From the human T2T-CHM13v2.0 reference genome, Homo sapiens: DNA of 64,000 nucleotides. Below the pieces are notes generated by a model, which worked only from the letters and a program-made list of their open reading frames with translations, searched no databases and had not been told where the DNA came from. The stretch lies in assembly GCF_009914755.1 (NCBI RefSeq), contig NC_060928.1. The stretch is one strand, 5' to 3'. Made by a program: the position numbers and the translations under genes. This document shows positions 31,011-49,139 of this stretch, one piece after another (position 1 is the stretch's first letter; every line of letters begins with the position of its first letter).

Positions 31011-32676
31011 AAATAAATACATTAAAGTGAATCAATCTGCAGTTGAGTCATTTATATTTGAAATAATGATGTTTTTCACAGAAGGAGACTAGAGTCCCCA
31101 CTTAGAACATAATTATGTTTCAATGTTAAACTACTGTGCATGGATGTGCCTTTGCAATATAATTAGACCTTCAATAGTGTATTAAATGTGTTTCTTAAAA
31201 GTTCAATGTGAAAAATAACCAATCTTCCTTCCCCACTGTAGGAAGTCTGAGGCAGACTAGTTGCCTCCCTATATCCATTCCCATTAGTACTAGAACACTG
31301 ATCGTGTTAAGGGTACTAATGTATCCAGGTAAAATACTATATTTATCTCGAAGAGAAGGGAGCAAACAACCTGTGAGTAGAAATCATTGTATGGAACTAT
31401 CACACAAGTTCTTAAATGAAGCTGAGTCAACTAGAAAGTATACCTAATCCTGTTTCTCCCTACCTGGAATATGAGCATGATAGCTGGGGCTGAAGCAGCC
31501 ACCTTGAGTCCAAGAGAATTGCAAAGACTTCTGCCCTGACATTTTGAGCCACTGAACTAATGGCCACAAACATCTTGTTCCATCTGCCAGCTTCCTGTTA
31601 GAGGGAGAACAAAAACTTCAAGTTTAATTACTGCAGTTGTCTCTCTTACTCCAGTTGATATAGCAGAGGTCAGGGGAAAGAAATGTAGTGGTGCCTATAA
31701 TAAAATGGAATTATTCTTTATGAAATGCATCACTTATGAAATAATACAAAACGGAAATGCAGAAGAGATGCGACAAAAAGAATTGTGGGTATATGGTGAC
31801 CTGAATGCAACACCTTTCCCCTTCACCCTCAAACCTGTTACTTTCCTCTCTTGAGCAAAACAACTACTACTAGCATCTGTGGGCAAATGGATGCAAGTGA
31901 AGCCTTAGGTTCTGGCAGAAATCTGGTGTGAGGTGTTCTCTCCAGTAGACTTAGTAATAAAGTAGAGGACAGCAGAGTAACCAGGGACAAGGACTGAAAA
32001 CCAGGGAATCCCAAAAAGAATTTGAAAGTCAGAGATGGAGGGGGTCACAGCCCACAATCTTTCCTGCTCTTGATGCCCACAAAAGTACAAGGAGACCAGA
32101 AAGCTGACTGACAGGGAACTGACAGCCTATCTGCCAGTGCAGGCCCACTGAAGAGAGACCCATTTGCCTTCTACCACCTGCAGGACTGACGCCACAGAGG
32201 ACTATTCAATAACAGTCTTGAGCTCCAATGAGTCAACCAAGGGATACAGCCCATACAAAGGAGCAGAGCTGCTAGAAAAAGGAAGATAAGGCAGAAGAAT
32301 TAGACCCACGCTCTGTGTTCTGCAGCAGACAGAATACCTCAACTAAAGGGAATACCTGAATTATCTAAGAAAATTTAAGGAGATTCAAATACAGCACTCA
32401 AAAAAAAAAAAAACTTTTAAGAGTTAAAAACCATTAACTTCCCAATTAAATATCTTTACAGAATGAATTGAAAGAAAGAGATAAGAATCAAATTCAAAAA
32501 AAAATCTCAAGTGAAAACTACGAACAGATAAAAATATGATATTTAGAATCAAATTCAAAAACAAAATCTCAAGTGAAAACCATGACCAGATAAAAATATG
32601 ATATTTAGAGAACAGATCCAGGAAACCTCACATATAAAACCATAACTCCAGAGTATTTTTTTAAAGGGATGAGAAG

Positions 32677-32874
32677 TGTATTAATCTATTCTCACACTGC
32701 TATAAAGAACTTCCCTAAGTCTGGGTAATTTATAAAGGAAAGAGGTTTAATTGGCTCACAGTTCCACATTGCTAGGGAGGCCTCAGGAAACAGAATCATG
32801 GTGGAAGGCAAAAGAGAAGCACGCACCTTCTTCCAAGGGCTGCAGGATGGAGTGAGTGCAAGCAGAGGAAATGC
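32677..32874 (-). mobile_element. Truncated THE1/MST LTR
   Basis: tgtattaatctattctcacactgctataaagaac...aggcctcaggaaac. Confidence 0.8.
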
Positions 32875-32889
32875 TTTGTATCAACTGCA

Positions 32890-33365
32890 TTGTATCAAAA
32901 AGACACCTGCACATGTATGTTTATCACAGCCCAATTCACAATCATAAAGAGATGGAATCAACCTAAGTGCCCATCAGCCTATGAGTGGATAAAAGAAAAT
33001 GTATATATACACAATGTAATACTATTCAGCCATAAAAAATAACAAAATAATGTCTCTGGCAGCGGCTTGGATCTAGCTGGAGGCCATTATTCTAAGTGAA
33101 GTAACTCAGGAATGAAAAACCAAATACCACACATTCTCACTTACAAATGGGAGCTAAGCTGTGGGTACACAAAGGCATACAGAGTGGTATAATGAACACT
33201 GGACACTCGGAAGAGACAGGCTAGGAGGGTTATCCAAACTCCATATTGGATTTAATATACATTACTCAGTGAGTGGTACACCAAAATCTCAAACTTCACC
33301 ACTATACAATTCATCCATGTAACCAAAAACCACTTGTACCCCTAAAGCTATTGAAATAAAAAATA
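32890..33365 (+). mobile_element. L1PB 3' end
   Basis: aaagacacctgcacatgtatgtttatcacagc...aaccacttgtacccctaaagctattgaaataaaaa. Confidence 0.85.
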
Positions 33366-34318
33366 TATAAAAGTTCAGTTTCCACCAAGAAGGTTAGTAA
33401 GAGTATCACTACTATCCTAACAATGAGAATGATAAACTGCAAAATCATAACTTTTCTTAAGGAGAGCACTAGCTTACCTGTGGCCAGTGCCCTACTCCAT
33501 CCACCATCCAAACAAGTAAAAAATCAACTAACATTTTAACAACTTGCTAAAGGAGGAATGTGAGACAGAATGAAGGTATAGAACTACAGCAAGCCCCAGA
33601 CCCAAGAGATGCTCACAGGCATGTTCACATTATTTTCCAAGGACCTCCCCATGTGAGAGAGGTTTGGGAACAGATGGGAGAACAAAGAGAGACTTCCTCA
33701 GTGATGCTGTCATGCAAGAGCGGAACAGCAGCTGCTGCAAGAATGGCATGACAGTGTACACCTCCTGTCCTGACCTTTTTCTCATATCAGAAGAAAGCCT
33801 TTAGCTACTGAAGAAAAGCAATAAACTATGTCATCCCCAGGATGACCCCAGTAAAGATCCACCACTGCGGGGAGAAGGGAAAGAAACAGTACAGGCTCAA
33901 GCACTTAGACCACAACCATCAAAGGACTCCTACCACTGGGGAAGGGACAAGAAATGTTCACCCACAAAAGACCAACCACTGACACAAGTTAAAAGATTAG
34001 CTCTCCTAGGGAAGAGGAGCAGGCATATTGAGAAAGCCCAACTCCCAGTGCCCAGGCAGAGAAACCCTACATAAGAGGGCGAATGGAACAAGACAACAGA
34101 GATCCTTCTCCCATACCCCTCACCATCAGCCCACCCAGCACCAAAAAATAACACAGCGAAGTCCACTGTGGGGAGAAGAACAAGAGCAGGGCAGAAGGGC
34201 AGATAAAGGCTGAGAAAATTCATTGCCAGAAGACAAGTGTTATAAGAAATGTTAAATGAAGTTCTTCAGCATTCAGAATATGATACCAGACAGAAACTTA
34301 GTTCAAAATAAATAAATG

Positions 34319-34599
34319 GGCCAGGCACGGTGGTTCATGCCTGTAATCCCAGCACTTTGGGAGGCCGAGGTGGGCAAATCACTTGAGGTCAGGAGTTCGA
34401 GATCAGCCTCACCAACATGGTAAAACCCTGTCTATTAAAAATACAAAAATTAGCCAGGTGTGGTGGTGGGCACCTATAATCACAGCTACTCAGGAGGCTG
34501 AGGCAGGAGAATAGCTGGAACCTGGGAGGCAAAGGTTGCAGTGAGCTGAGATCGCACCTCTGCACTTTAGCCTGGACGACAGAGCAAGACTGTATCTCA

Positions 34600-34630
<31 letters not shown>

Positions 34631-34632
34631 AT
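34319..34632 (+). mobile_element. AluS with (TAAA)n tail
   Basis: Full dimer. Confidence 0.92.
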
Positions 34633-34839
34633 AGCTAAATGTAATGGTAAAAAGTAGAGGTACATAACAAAGACAATTTGTCTTCATTTTAATTGCTCTA
34701 AAAGATCACTGATGATCTAAAGAAACAAGAGTAAAAACGTACTGTAAGATTTATAACATAAAACATAAAATGTGTGACATTTTAAAGAATGGGAAGGAGG
34801 AACTGCATTATACAATTGTATCTCACTGACACTTTGACA

Positions 34840-35825
34840 TATCCCCTTGCTGTCTAACAGACATCTCAAAAACAACATGCCTTAAACTGAACCCGTGATC
34901 TGCCCTCTTCAAACCTCCTCCACCCCCAACCTTCCCCATCTCAGTTGTTGGCTGACAATCCAATCCTTCCAATTCCTCAGGCTAAAATCCGTGGAATCAT
35001 CCTGAATCCTTCCCATTCTTTCACACTTCACATCCAATCCTATCAGCATGTTCTGTTACCCCACACTACCAAAGTAGCCACTATCTTGGTCTAAACTGCT
35101 ATCACCTCTCACATGGATTACTGCAGTAGAATCCTAACTCTCCCAGTTTACACACTTGCCCTGTGGCAAACTTTTCTCAACAGAACAGCCAGAGTCATGC
35201 TTGATAAACTTATGTCACTCCTTTGTTCAAAACTCTGCAGTGCCCTCTCATTTCACTCAAAGTAAAAGTCAAAGGCTTTGCAGTGGCCTAAAGGGCTCTA
35301 AGCAGTGGATCTTCCCCTAACACTCATCCCTTCATTAGCCCTCTGACCTCCTCCTCAACTGCTTGCTTATTGCATTCCAGCCACACTGACCTCCTTGTGC
35401 TTGGACCACAACAGGCAAACTCCCGTCTTAGGTCCTTTACTGTAGCTGCCTCTTCTGCACTTAGAATGCTCTTCCCGTAGATATATGTTTGGCTAATTTC
35501 CTACCACCCTTCAAATAATTGCCCAAATCTCTCCTGTTTAGTGAGGATTAACTGACCCATCTAACATGTATAGCATCCCACACACACACCCACACACCTT
35601 TTCTGCCAAGTCAACCATACCTAGCTCTTTTTCTTTTTTCTATAATTCTTATAATATTTAACATAGTATAAAATTTATCTTATAGGTCTGTTATCTTGTG
35701 TCTTCCCTCACTGGACTGCAAGCTCCCCAAGAGCCAGAATACCTATTTTCTTAACTATTGTACCCCAAAGTGAATAGTACAGGTCTTGGCATATAGAGTG
35801 ATAAAGATTGTTAAATGAATGTGTA
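34840..35825. mobile_element. L2 3' region
   Basis: acatctcaaa..aacatgccttaaactgaac, actggactgcaagctcc and tgttaaatgaatg motifs. Confidence 0.75.
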
Positions 35826-36089
35826 AAACAAGACCTGAATAAATAAAAATTATGGCACATCCACAGCATAGACTATAGTCAGACATTAAAAAAAAAAAAA
35901 ACAGAGCCAAGGTAGATACAGGAATTTCCACAAGATACCGTCGAAAGAAGTGTGAGATGATGAAGTGAGTTTACTCTTTTCTTATTTTTGTAAACTTATG
36001 TTTTTTTTAAAAGTGTGCATGTGTTTGTATATTTGTGGATATAGCATTTTATCAGAATAGAGAAAAAACATTTTTAAGGAAAAGTGTAT

Positions 36090-36250
36090 ATGGAATGACC
36101 TGAGTTCAAATTTTCATTAATCCACTTATGACTGATGTAACCTTCCTCAACATCACCTCTCTCATCTATAAAACAGGGATACTAACAGCCCCCTTGCAGG
36201 TTTATTGCAGGACTTCACTAAAAACTGTGTAAAGCATCTAGTGACTGTTG
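36090..36250 (+). mobile_element. MIR
   Basis: acctgagttcaaatt...ctcatctataaaacagggatactaacag core. Confidence 0.7.
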
Positions 36251-37068
36251 TCTCTGTCACTCGCTTTTCTGCCACTAGTAACTAAAACAGTGCCTAAAAA
36301 CTGCCATAGTTCAATAAATACTTATTGAATTAATTGTAGCTGCCATTATCACAAAAAATATAGTTTGGAGAAAATGTTAGAGTAGTTACATAGTTTAAAA
36401 AATGTTTAATAACACCAGGAAATACAAAGCTGCCTTGAGTCACTATGGAGAAGTGTGAATGTGTGAACACAGGGAAGAGATAGCATATACGGCAGGCTTC
36501 ATGATTACTTTTCCTCTGATTATGTTTCCAGATTAGTTATCATCGGCCACCAGGAAATGTAAGCAAACATTGGCTGGCAGATTTTTAGCCCTAGGATACA
36601 AATCCATGTTTCTTCAGACAAGTCACCTTCTACACTGATCAACACAACACCTTATCCCACAAAGTCTGCTCTTCCTGTATTAACATTTATGCATGGTGAT
36701 TTTTCCTCTACAGGCTTTTATTTACTTATCTGTTTCAGCTTTTTTCTTTCTTTGATTTTTTTTAACTTTGTAAAATTTGACTTTTGTTTTAAAATCTTAC
36801 TGTATTTTTACAAACTCACCTTTAAGCCTTTACGTCAGGTATTTTTTTTTTTTTTTTTTTTTTACTTAGGATTTTACCTCACCAAATGACCTTAGTACAA
36901 ATCCCTCAGTGAGAATCAAGGTGTGTGCCTTGGTTTGGAAAGGAGGGAGTTGACACTGTGGAAGGCATAGGAATCTGAGAGGCAACTGTGAGCTGCAAGA
37001 CTCCCTGCAACTCTCTGGGCTTCAGTGTTCTCACCTGTAAAATGAGGATGTGCCAATTAGATGATGTC

Positions 37069-37255
37069 TGTTAACTCAGCAAAAAATTACAAGATATAAT
37101 TTTAGAAAAGGAGAGGCGGAGACAGGACTTTATTTCTCCTAAATGGTTGCAGCCTGCCAAGTGGCCAGCCCACAGGCTGGGAAGCATGCCTCTGGCCAAG
37201 GCCCAGAGACAGGCACTTTGAAAGAGGAAGAACTTTATACTGAACAGGCTGGCTC
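37069..37255 (-). mobile_element. ERV1-class (MER4-group) LTR fragment
   Basis: tgttaac terminus, tttatt, and gcagcctgc..gtggcc..caggctgggaagcat motif. Confidence 0.5.
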
Positions 37256-40189
37256 TCTGCACTTCTCTTCCTAGAGAATCTCCTGGCTGGCTCAGCGACT
37301 TCAGCTCTCTGCTCAGAAGTCATTTCCTCTGAAAAGTCTTCCCTGCTGACCCTCCTAAAGTAGACCCACCCCTCATTTACTCTTTAATGCCTCATCCTGT
37401 TTATTTCCTGCAATTAATTTAACACTTGCCTCAATCATTTTGGTAATCTTCCATTTTATACTTGTTTGCTGCCTATCTCCCCACATAAGAAAGCAAGCTC
37501 CTTGCAGAAAAAGACCTTGTCTGTCTTGCTCACCTGTGTATTCCCAGGGCCTAGTACAGTACCTGCCACATATGAATGATTAAATGACTGAAAGTCAGAG
37601 AAGAAAAACCTACAGCCTAAAATATCCAAAGGGAAAGAAAGCTGAGAGCAGTGTATTTCCACCTTAATCTTTCCCTTAAAATCACATAATCTGAGAGCTT
37701 GAAATAACCTTTCCACTTTGCAGTTTCAGGTACAATATCAAAAAACACCACCCACTGGTGGTTAATCATATAAGCAAGCTAGGAAAAAAATGGTCATGAA
37801 ACAAAAAATGTAATGTAGTAAGGTGTCTGCTTAACTTTAAATTTTTATTGGATGTATACTTAATTTATGAGTTTTGAGTAACTAATATTAATTTTAATCT
37901 GCATAATACTTTGCAACCTAAAATGCCACATTTTCACTGAAGCATTCAACTGTGCTCCCGAGAAAACACAGCAAGCATTAGACAGGGTCTGGCACACAGC
38001 ATGCAAAAAGTGTCAATTTCATTATTTTTCCTTATTCTGATTATTAGCAAATCACAATGTGTAAAAGTATGAATGAACTCAGGTCTCCTTTTTCTTCTCA
38101 AAAGCTTTCTAACTGACTCTTTTCGTTTTCTTGAGTTGTCACTATACAGATTTTTATACTGGAAAAAAAATCAGAGGCAACAGACCAGCAAAAAAGGATA
38201 ATTGCCAAGGAAAAATCTAGTAGGACTAAGGTAAAGCCAGGGAATTAGGTGATTCTGCTGCAAAGACACCACCACTCTAGGAAGCACTGCACGAAAAGGG
38301 GTAGGACTAGAGGATTAAGAGGTACCACCAGCAAGAAAATCCCATCTCAACCTGGTGAATGTAATGAGGGTGGGGTTTCTAGCAAGATTCCCCAACCTCA
38401 GTCTGGATTAGATTCTCTGAATTTGAAATCAACAGATGGCTTGAATTGCAAGCACTTTTTAAAACAGGAGTGTTATACAAGCATATGTGTTATAAAAGTG
38501 TGGCAAAACATCTGTAATTTCCAACACATGTATTAAAAGTGGTATCTTCCAAAATTTGTTTAGAATAGAGAGCATAAAAACTTTTAAGTAAGGTTCTTAA
38601 TGTAGCTGCTGATAAATCTCTCTTCTCAGATCCCTTGATTTATGTCCAGAATTAGGCCTAGTACAAGGTTACTTGGAAAATACCTAAGAATTGAGGGACT
38701 GTTTGCCTTCCATAAGCAGGTAAGGGATGCCTTGATACTCAGCTGCAGCCTCACAATTCAGCTAAAGTCTGCTGTTTGGCTTTAGCTTTGTCTTCGTCCT
38801 CAGATTTTGGAAGGAAAAGGAACTGAAGCTTGCTTTAAGGTCATTTCTGAGATCAACAAACCTGTCCATGACCTTGTGACTGAATATTTTGGGATCATAA
38901 CTAAACATCGATAATAGTTTGGATTCATAGCAAACATCTGCACATTCACTTTGAAATACAGCGAAGCATTCTAAATATGATCTGGATGAAAATCTGTATG
39001 TGTTTTATTTATTAAAGTTAAACTGGCCAGGAAAAGATAAGCATTTATCATTGCAATAGTAAAGTGATGCAATAATATATGATGATTTTGGAAGCTGTTC
39101 ATTTCATTGCATGCCCAAAAATAAAATACTTACAAAGAATCAAACACATGAAAAAAATAAACTGAAATTAATAAAAATCTCAAAAGAAAGTAGGTTGGCC
39201 AGCTGTTTCTAAAAATCTATATGGTAATATAAGGAAACAAGGATTATATAATAATTCTAATCTTTGCAGAGTTGTTTACAGTACTCTTCATAACATTAAA
39301 TAAAATGATTTTTAAGATCTGTGTTTAATTTTTAAAGTAATTAAATTTAAGCCAGAAACCTTTAAGGAAGGTCTGTTTGAGAATTTTTCACATCTTTTAA
39401 GAATGAATTAAAAGGAGAATTTCAACTCTGTACAGACGTCATTTGGTGATGGTTGTATTTGGCCTTCAAAAAATGTTGATTTTAACATTTGGCCATTTGG
39501 CAACTATTCAATACACCTCTAATTCAGATAAATTATTTATTCCTGTTTTTAACATTTGAACATTCTCGCCAACTCCCACTTGAAAAAATAAATAAGTGGT
39601 TTATTTTCTCCAATTCTGCCCTGAAGGATGACTGGAGATCATGTTGTCAGTGGAGCCCTTTTTGGAGATTACTAGCACTTTCTACTACTCTTCACCAGCT
39701 CTTTAGGTCAGAGGCAAAGGGGAGAGGGTTATATGCAGATGAAAGGCACCCTAGTGTCTCTACTGCATCCTCTGAACCTCTTGTTAACATACCTTACCTG
39801 AACAAGCCTGTTCTTGCCCAAACCTCCATCTTACAAAATATCTACTAAGAAAAGGGGGCGAGGACGGCTAGGACGACTCTAACAAGTTATAATATTATAA
39901 GATCAAATCCAAAGAGCTGGACTTTTCCTGTGGCCTCTCTTCCTAGGCCTTTGCTTTCAACATCCAACACTTTCAGGCCCTTCCTGTACGAACTGAGCAA
40001 TGTGCTTCCTCTCATCACATGCCTGTAACTTTCTGGCTGGAGAGATCGAACCGATGTTGGAGACAAATTAAAAAAAAAAAGAGCGGAGAAAAAAGGTATA
40101 GACACTCAAAGATCATCTGGTTGGCACCTCCCTGAAGGCACATATAATACATTCCAGAAGGAGGGAAGGAAATCCTGGGCGTATGAATG

Positions 40190-41260
<1,071 letters not shown>

Positions 41261-42080
41261 TTTTCAAACCTTGCCCCGCTGAACCATTACTCCCTGTAGG
41301 GGAGTCTCGCTTGCTTCTCTTCAGATGCAAAACGAAATGGACCTTCACACAGCTGGGGCATCCTCCAAAACAACTTTATCAAGTTCCTGACTCTGAAAGC
41401 CAGCTTATTGCCGACTACTGAGAACGAACCCTGCGGTCTAGGAAATTTCCGTGCTTCTCACATTTGAGTTGTGCGTCTTTGCTTTTTTTCACGTTTGTTG
41501 CAGAGGCTAGAACTTAATAAGGGATCGCAAAGTATGTTGATTAACGTACGGAAAAATATGTTGCAAACAATTTAATGTTTTAAGCACTAGAAACTAGATA
41601 TTTTATGGTAACATAACCTCTGGGAAGTTCTTATACTTCTCAAGGTACAATATTCCTGAGACCTCCCTTGCTTGATAATCATTAGACGTATTACGGATTT
41701 TCAGACATACGGAAGTGGATTTGTGGGAGACAGGAGGGGACACCCAAACAATAGCATCTGGTGTCACAACAATGCAATAAAGTCACAAGTCTTGTTTTAG
41801 TGTTTTTAATAAGCTGTTAGGCTGTGCAGTGTGCCCAGGACCTTTAAAAGCCTGTTTCATCCTTCAAAGTGATCCTGGGGTCATCTACTCATTTCTCTTG
41901 ATATTTATGGTAATTTTCTACTCTAGGGTCTTTTCTTGGAAACCATTTGATGTTCTTAATTGATGTTCTCATAAACCATTAAAAGCACACACAAAAGTTT
42001 GACAAAATTACAGACTACACACACACACCATGGAAACGATTCCTGTTTCTGCAGGAAACCCTTGGAACATAGTTCCTAAG

Positions 42081-42083
<3 letters not shown>

Positions 42084-42120
<37 letters not shown>

Positions 42121-42236
42121 ACAGGGTCTAGCTATGTCTCCCAGGTTGATCTTGAACTCCTGGGCTTAAGGGATCCTCCGGCGGCGTTGGCCTCCTGAAG
42201 TGCTGGGATTACACACTTGAGCTACCACACCCGGCC
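42084..42236 (-). mobile_element. Alu monomer (FLAM-like) with long poly-T
   Basis: Single left arm; imperfect TSD ccta(a/t)g(c/t)agatt. Confidence 0.85.
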
Positions 42237-44258
42237 CCTATGTAGATTTTGATTCAAGTTTGGAAAAAGGTTTAAAAAACAAGAACAAAAGGCATTATGG
42301 GAAAAAAAAATCATGTAGTGGCAATATTCGGAGACTTTAAGGAACACAGTAAATGATGACATGATCCTCTTTCTAAGAAATGTAAGTTTAGCTTTCACAG
42401 CAGGGAGAGGAACACTTAGCCACTCTGTGAGTTTTGATACCTTTGACTTCCCATGGAAGATCTCTAACTTCTCTAGGGGAAAATAAATCAATAAAAACAA
42501 AAACTCTCTTTTGGGGGAATTGGGAGTTCCATGGCCTTGAAAAATAGTAGGTGTTCATTAAATATGTCTTGAATGAAAGTCACTTCTGAGGCTGATCTGA
42601 GATGTTCAAAAATTCTATGGTGAGCCTAGAATTTACTTGACTTTTTGTTGTGCTTCACAAGGAACTGGACTAAGTAGGTTTTCCAGGGTTCCTTAGAACC
42701 AGGGCTGAAACCATGCCAGACCAGATCCACTGGGCCCACAGTCCAGAAGGTGGGGCCCTGGCATTTTCCTGGAGCATTCAGCTCTTTGTCAAACACAGGC
42801 TTCCAGCCACCCTTAAGCCATCCAGGGCTCTCAGTCAAATGCTCTGCCACTGTCTCTTTGGGCACGAGAATTTCCACAGCTTTTGATCGCTGGAGAGGAA
42901 AACGTTTTTTGGTTTTAGTCTGAAACAATCCTTATTTAGGGATCCTTATTTAGGCATATCTCTCAAATATTTGGTTGCATGCTGTCTTTCTGGGGAGCAA
43001 GGCTGCAGCCTTGAGAATGCCCCTCTCTGAATGTAGGCTTCTTTACTAATTAGAAAATGGTGAAAGTATATAAATAAAATTTTAAAGATAAATCTGAAAT
43101 CAATAAGATGAGAAACTTTCCAGATATTTTATGAAGCTTGGTCAGATATTTTTGTTACAATTGACACATTCAGTGTATTTCATTAAAGCATGCAATGTTC
43201 TTTTTTATCTATTTAATGGAGTGTTCTGAAGATCTACTAACTAAAACATAGGAACTAGCAATAAAAAGTTCTTAATAATAAGTTCCATTACAACACACAA
43301 AAAGGATACATGTTTGCCAAATCAAAATGCACAGTATTGACCGGATATTTGATTTTGAAGCCTGTAAGACAGTGATAGTACAATGAGTCATTTCTTAAAA
43401 CTTTAAAAGCTAGAAAGCGACCTTTCAATATTATCTTTGAAAAACGGGAAATTAAAAGTCTGCTTTATATCAGGAGTTTAAATCCAGTCTTTAAAAAATA
43501 AATAACAAAATCAAAAAAATTGATATTAAGGTACTACCATGCACCTGATTTACTTATTCTAGAAAATATTGCACTGTCTTGACAAACAAGAAATTATTCA
43601 AAATACATTGTTCCTTACTTTCAGATTTGCTTTTGGAGGAATCTTTTTCATTGATATGTCTAAAGCAAGCTCTAGTTATTGCATTTAAACGTATGTACTT
43701 GAGTGGGCCTTGTTTTTAGGGAAGACTTGAATTATGACTGTATATTAATTAATTATTTTACCATACTGTCAGTATTTATACATACTGTCGAACTCTTTTA
43801 ATTGTGCCTTGGTTATTGATGACTGATTCCAAGCACCATGGTAGACTAAAAGCCTGATTGATAGAAAAAAAATAATAATAACCTGAAACATATTTGTCTT
43901 CAGTTATCAGAGAACCAGAGGGCTTTTGTAATAATTGAATATAAAACCAAGTTTCCAGAGCAGAAAAGAATAAAGATTTAGATGGTGTGATTAAAAAAAA
44001 AAAGTTTGTTAAAATAAAATGGAGAGTAACGGTGTCAGATTCTTGCTCTTAAAACATCTATCCTCAGCATTGATTCTACAATAGCAACAGCACCATGAAA
44101 AGATGTCCCTGAAACCTAAAAAAGTGTGAACACTAAATTTTTCTTAATGTCTTGAGTTTTGGAAAGGTACCATACACTTGTATGTGGTACCAAAAAAGAA
44201 TCATAAATTTTAACTAGAAGAAAACTGAAGGTTGTTGTGACTAAATTGAGTAACATTA

Positions 44259-46956
<2,698 letters not shown>

Positions 46957-47333
46957 CATTATAAAAAGAAAAGCTGAAGGATAAATTAGTAGTCATCTCA
47001 CCCAACAGGCAGTGCTATTCTTGGAGCAGAGTATGGAAAATTAACAGAAAGCCAAAGAAACGTGAAAGAAACCAAGGTTAAGGTTCCAGGTACTGAGTGT
47101 CTAGTACATGCCAGAAAGCAGACTAGGTTCTTTATATCTACTATCTTAAAGCCCTAGCAGCCTTACCAAAGTTCCTACAAGAAGAAAGTGGAAGCTTCCT
47201 TTGGTGGAGCCTATACGACAGCTTTGGTGAAGCATATACTCAGCAGGGATTCTGGAAGAAGGTTGTGGTCAGCTGAGAAGTTCCCATGAGATAAGTGCTA
47301 TCCAATAGAACAAAAACGCCTTAAATATATGTA

Positions 47334-47749
47334 CAGTTGACCTTTGAACAACACAGGGGTTACAGATGCCAACGCCGATGCAGTGAAAAATCTGAGTATA
47401 ACTTTTGACTCTTCAAAACACAATTACTAATAGCCTACTGTTGACCAGAAGCCTTATTAGAAACAATTAACACATACTTTGTATGTTATACATGTTATAT
47501 ATTGAATTATTACAATAAAGTAAGATGGAGAAAAGAAAATGTTATTAAGAAAATCATAAGGAAGAGAAAACATATTTCCATTGGAAGTGGATCATCATAA
47601 AGCTCTTCATTTTCATTGCCTTCACATTGGGTAGGCTGAGGAGAAGGAAGAGAAGGGGTTGGTCTTGCTGTCTCAGGGGTGGTAGGAGTGGAAGAAATTC
47701 CATGTATATGGACCTATGCAATTCAAACTCATGTTTTTCAAGGATCAAC

Positions 47750-47751
<2 letters not shown>
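47334..47751. mobile_element. Tigger2a/MER28-like DNA transposon
   Basis: TIRs cagttgacctttgaacaacac and catgtttttcaaggatcaactg; TA at the left flank. Confidence 0.85.

Positions 47752-47798
<47 letters not shown>
47751..47798 (+). repeat. (GT)n(GA)n compound microsatellite
   Basis: Directly visible. Confidence 0.9.
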
Positions 47799-47879
47799 TA
47801 GGGAGTGCCTTTAATATCAGCTTCCAATGAGCCAACTTCTGACTATAGAGCCCTAAAAAATACATACTTTCAAATCCTA

Positions 47880-49139
47880 TTGTAAGGTTTCAGCTGGGAC
47901 AAATAGCAAATATTTCTAGAAGTATTGAACTCCTTTTTTTTGTCTTTTTTTTAATAAACAAAAGGTATCTCTCAGATGACTCAGAACTGAAACCAATAAG
48001 CCTTTTATGACTTAATCATGGACGCCAAAGATGTCCTCAAAATAAGATGCAAAAAGATATAACCCTCCCATGATCCAGAACCATTCTCAAAGATAGCCAA
48101 AAGAAACAGAGACACATATAACACCCCCACACCCAAGAGCTATCAATAATCAGTATATTAACCAAAAAGGGATGCAATCCACATTTCTGCCTGGCCATAT
48201 TCTTGGGGCCTCCATCCTGAAGTTGGCTGCCTGCAATGCAAAACCAATAACTCATGCACCTCTGACAGCCAGAAAGTCAAGCCAAGTTTTCAGAGGAAAA
48301 AAAAAAACAAGACAAAAAGGAAAGCAATAGCTGTTTCTGAAGAGAAAAGATCAGTAACTAATGGGTACCCCAATCCAAATTTAACCAGAGTCATTATCTC
48401 ACTATCCAAACAAGTAATTCATCTGCTAATCTAAATTTGGAAAGGAAGGAACGAGGAGAAATTTCTACCTTCATCTCTCAACTAGGCATTTCAGATAGAG
48501 ATCTGAGAGAGGTGACCCTGGTAAGAATTCTTACCTCTCTCCAGCACTTGTCATTTTTCCCAGGATCTCACCTGCAATCTCCAGAACCAGTGGGGTATCC
48601 CGGCCATCTCCTTCTGGCCACCAGAAACTGGGGAATGAAAAATTATTTGTTCCTTGCTCATCCCTGAGGCCCCATAACAAAAGACCAATTATTAAAAAAG
48701 ACAGACAAGTTTATTTAATAACTTTTATGTGACACAGGAGCCTTCATAAAGAAATGACTCAAAGAAGCAGGTAAACTTGCGTGTTTTTTATGCTAGATTT
48801 GATGAAGAAGTGGACAGTTGTGGAGAAATAAAATTGGACGAAAGGGGTATGAGCTAACAGTGATAAACTTGGGGACTTAGCAAGGCCTGTGCGTTCAGAT
48901 TCTTCTCTGTGTCCATGTGTCTTCAGAGATAAGGATGTTCTTTTCCTCTAGATATAGGGAGGGTACCTCTGAAATGAGGGTCTTATAATCTTTTTCCAGG
49001 GAAGATTAGAGAACTCCTAAGTTTCATGACCTGCTTCAAGAGAGAAGGGTGAAGGAAGGTCAAAGAATGACCTTGTTTGTGCAGTTTCCTCAAATACCCA
49101 AGTGCCACGTTTTGGGGTTGTACGTCCTGGATTTCATCA
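47880..49139 (-). mobile_element. ERV1-class 5' LTR (about 48629-49139) plus internal leader fragment
   Basis: TG...CA-bounded LTR-like block with minus-strand AATAAA, followed on the minus strand by a PBS-like TGGTGGCC and a splice-donor motif. Confidence 0.6.
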
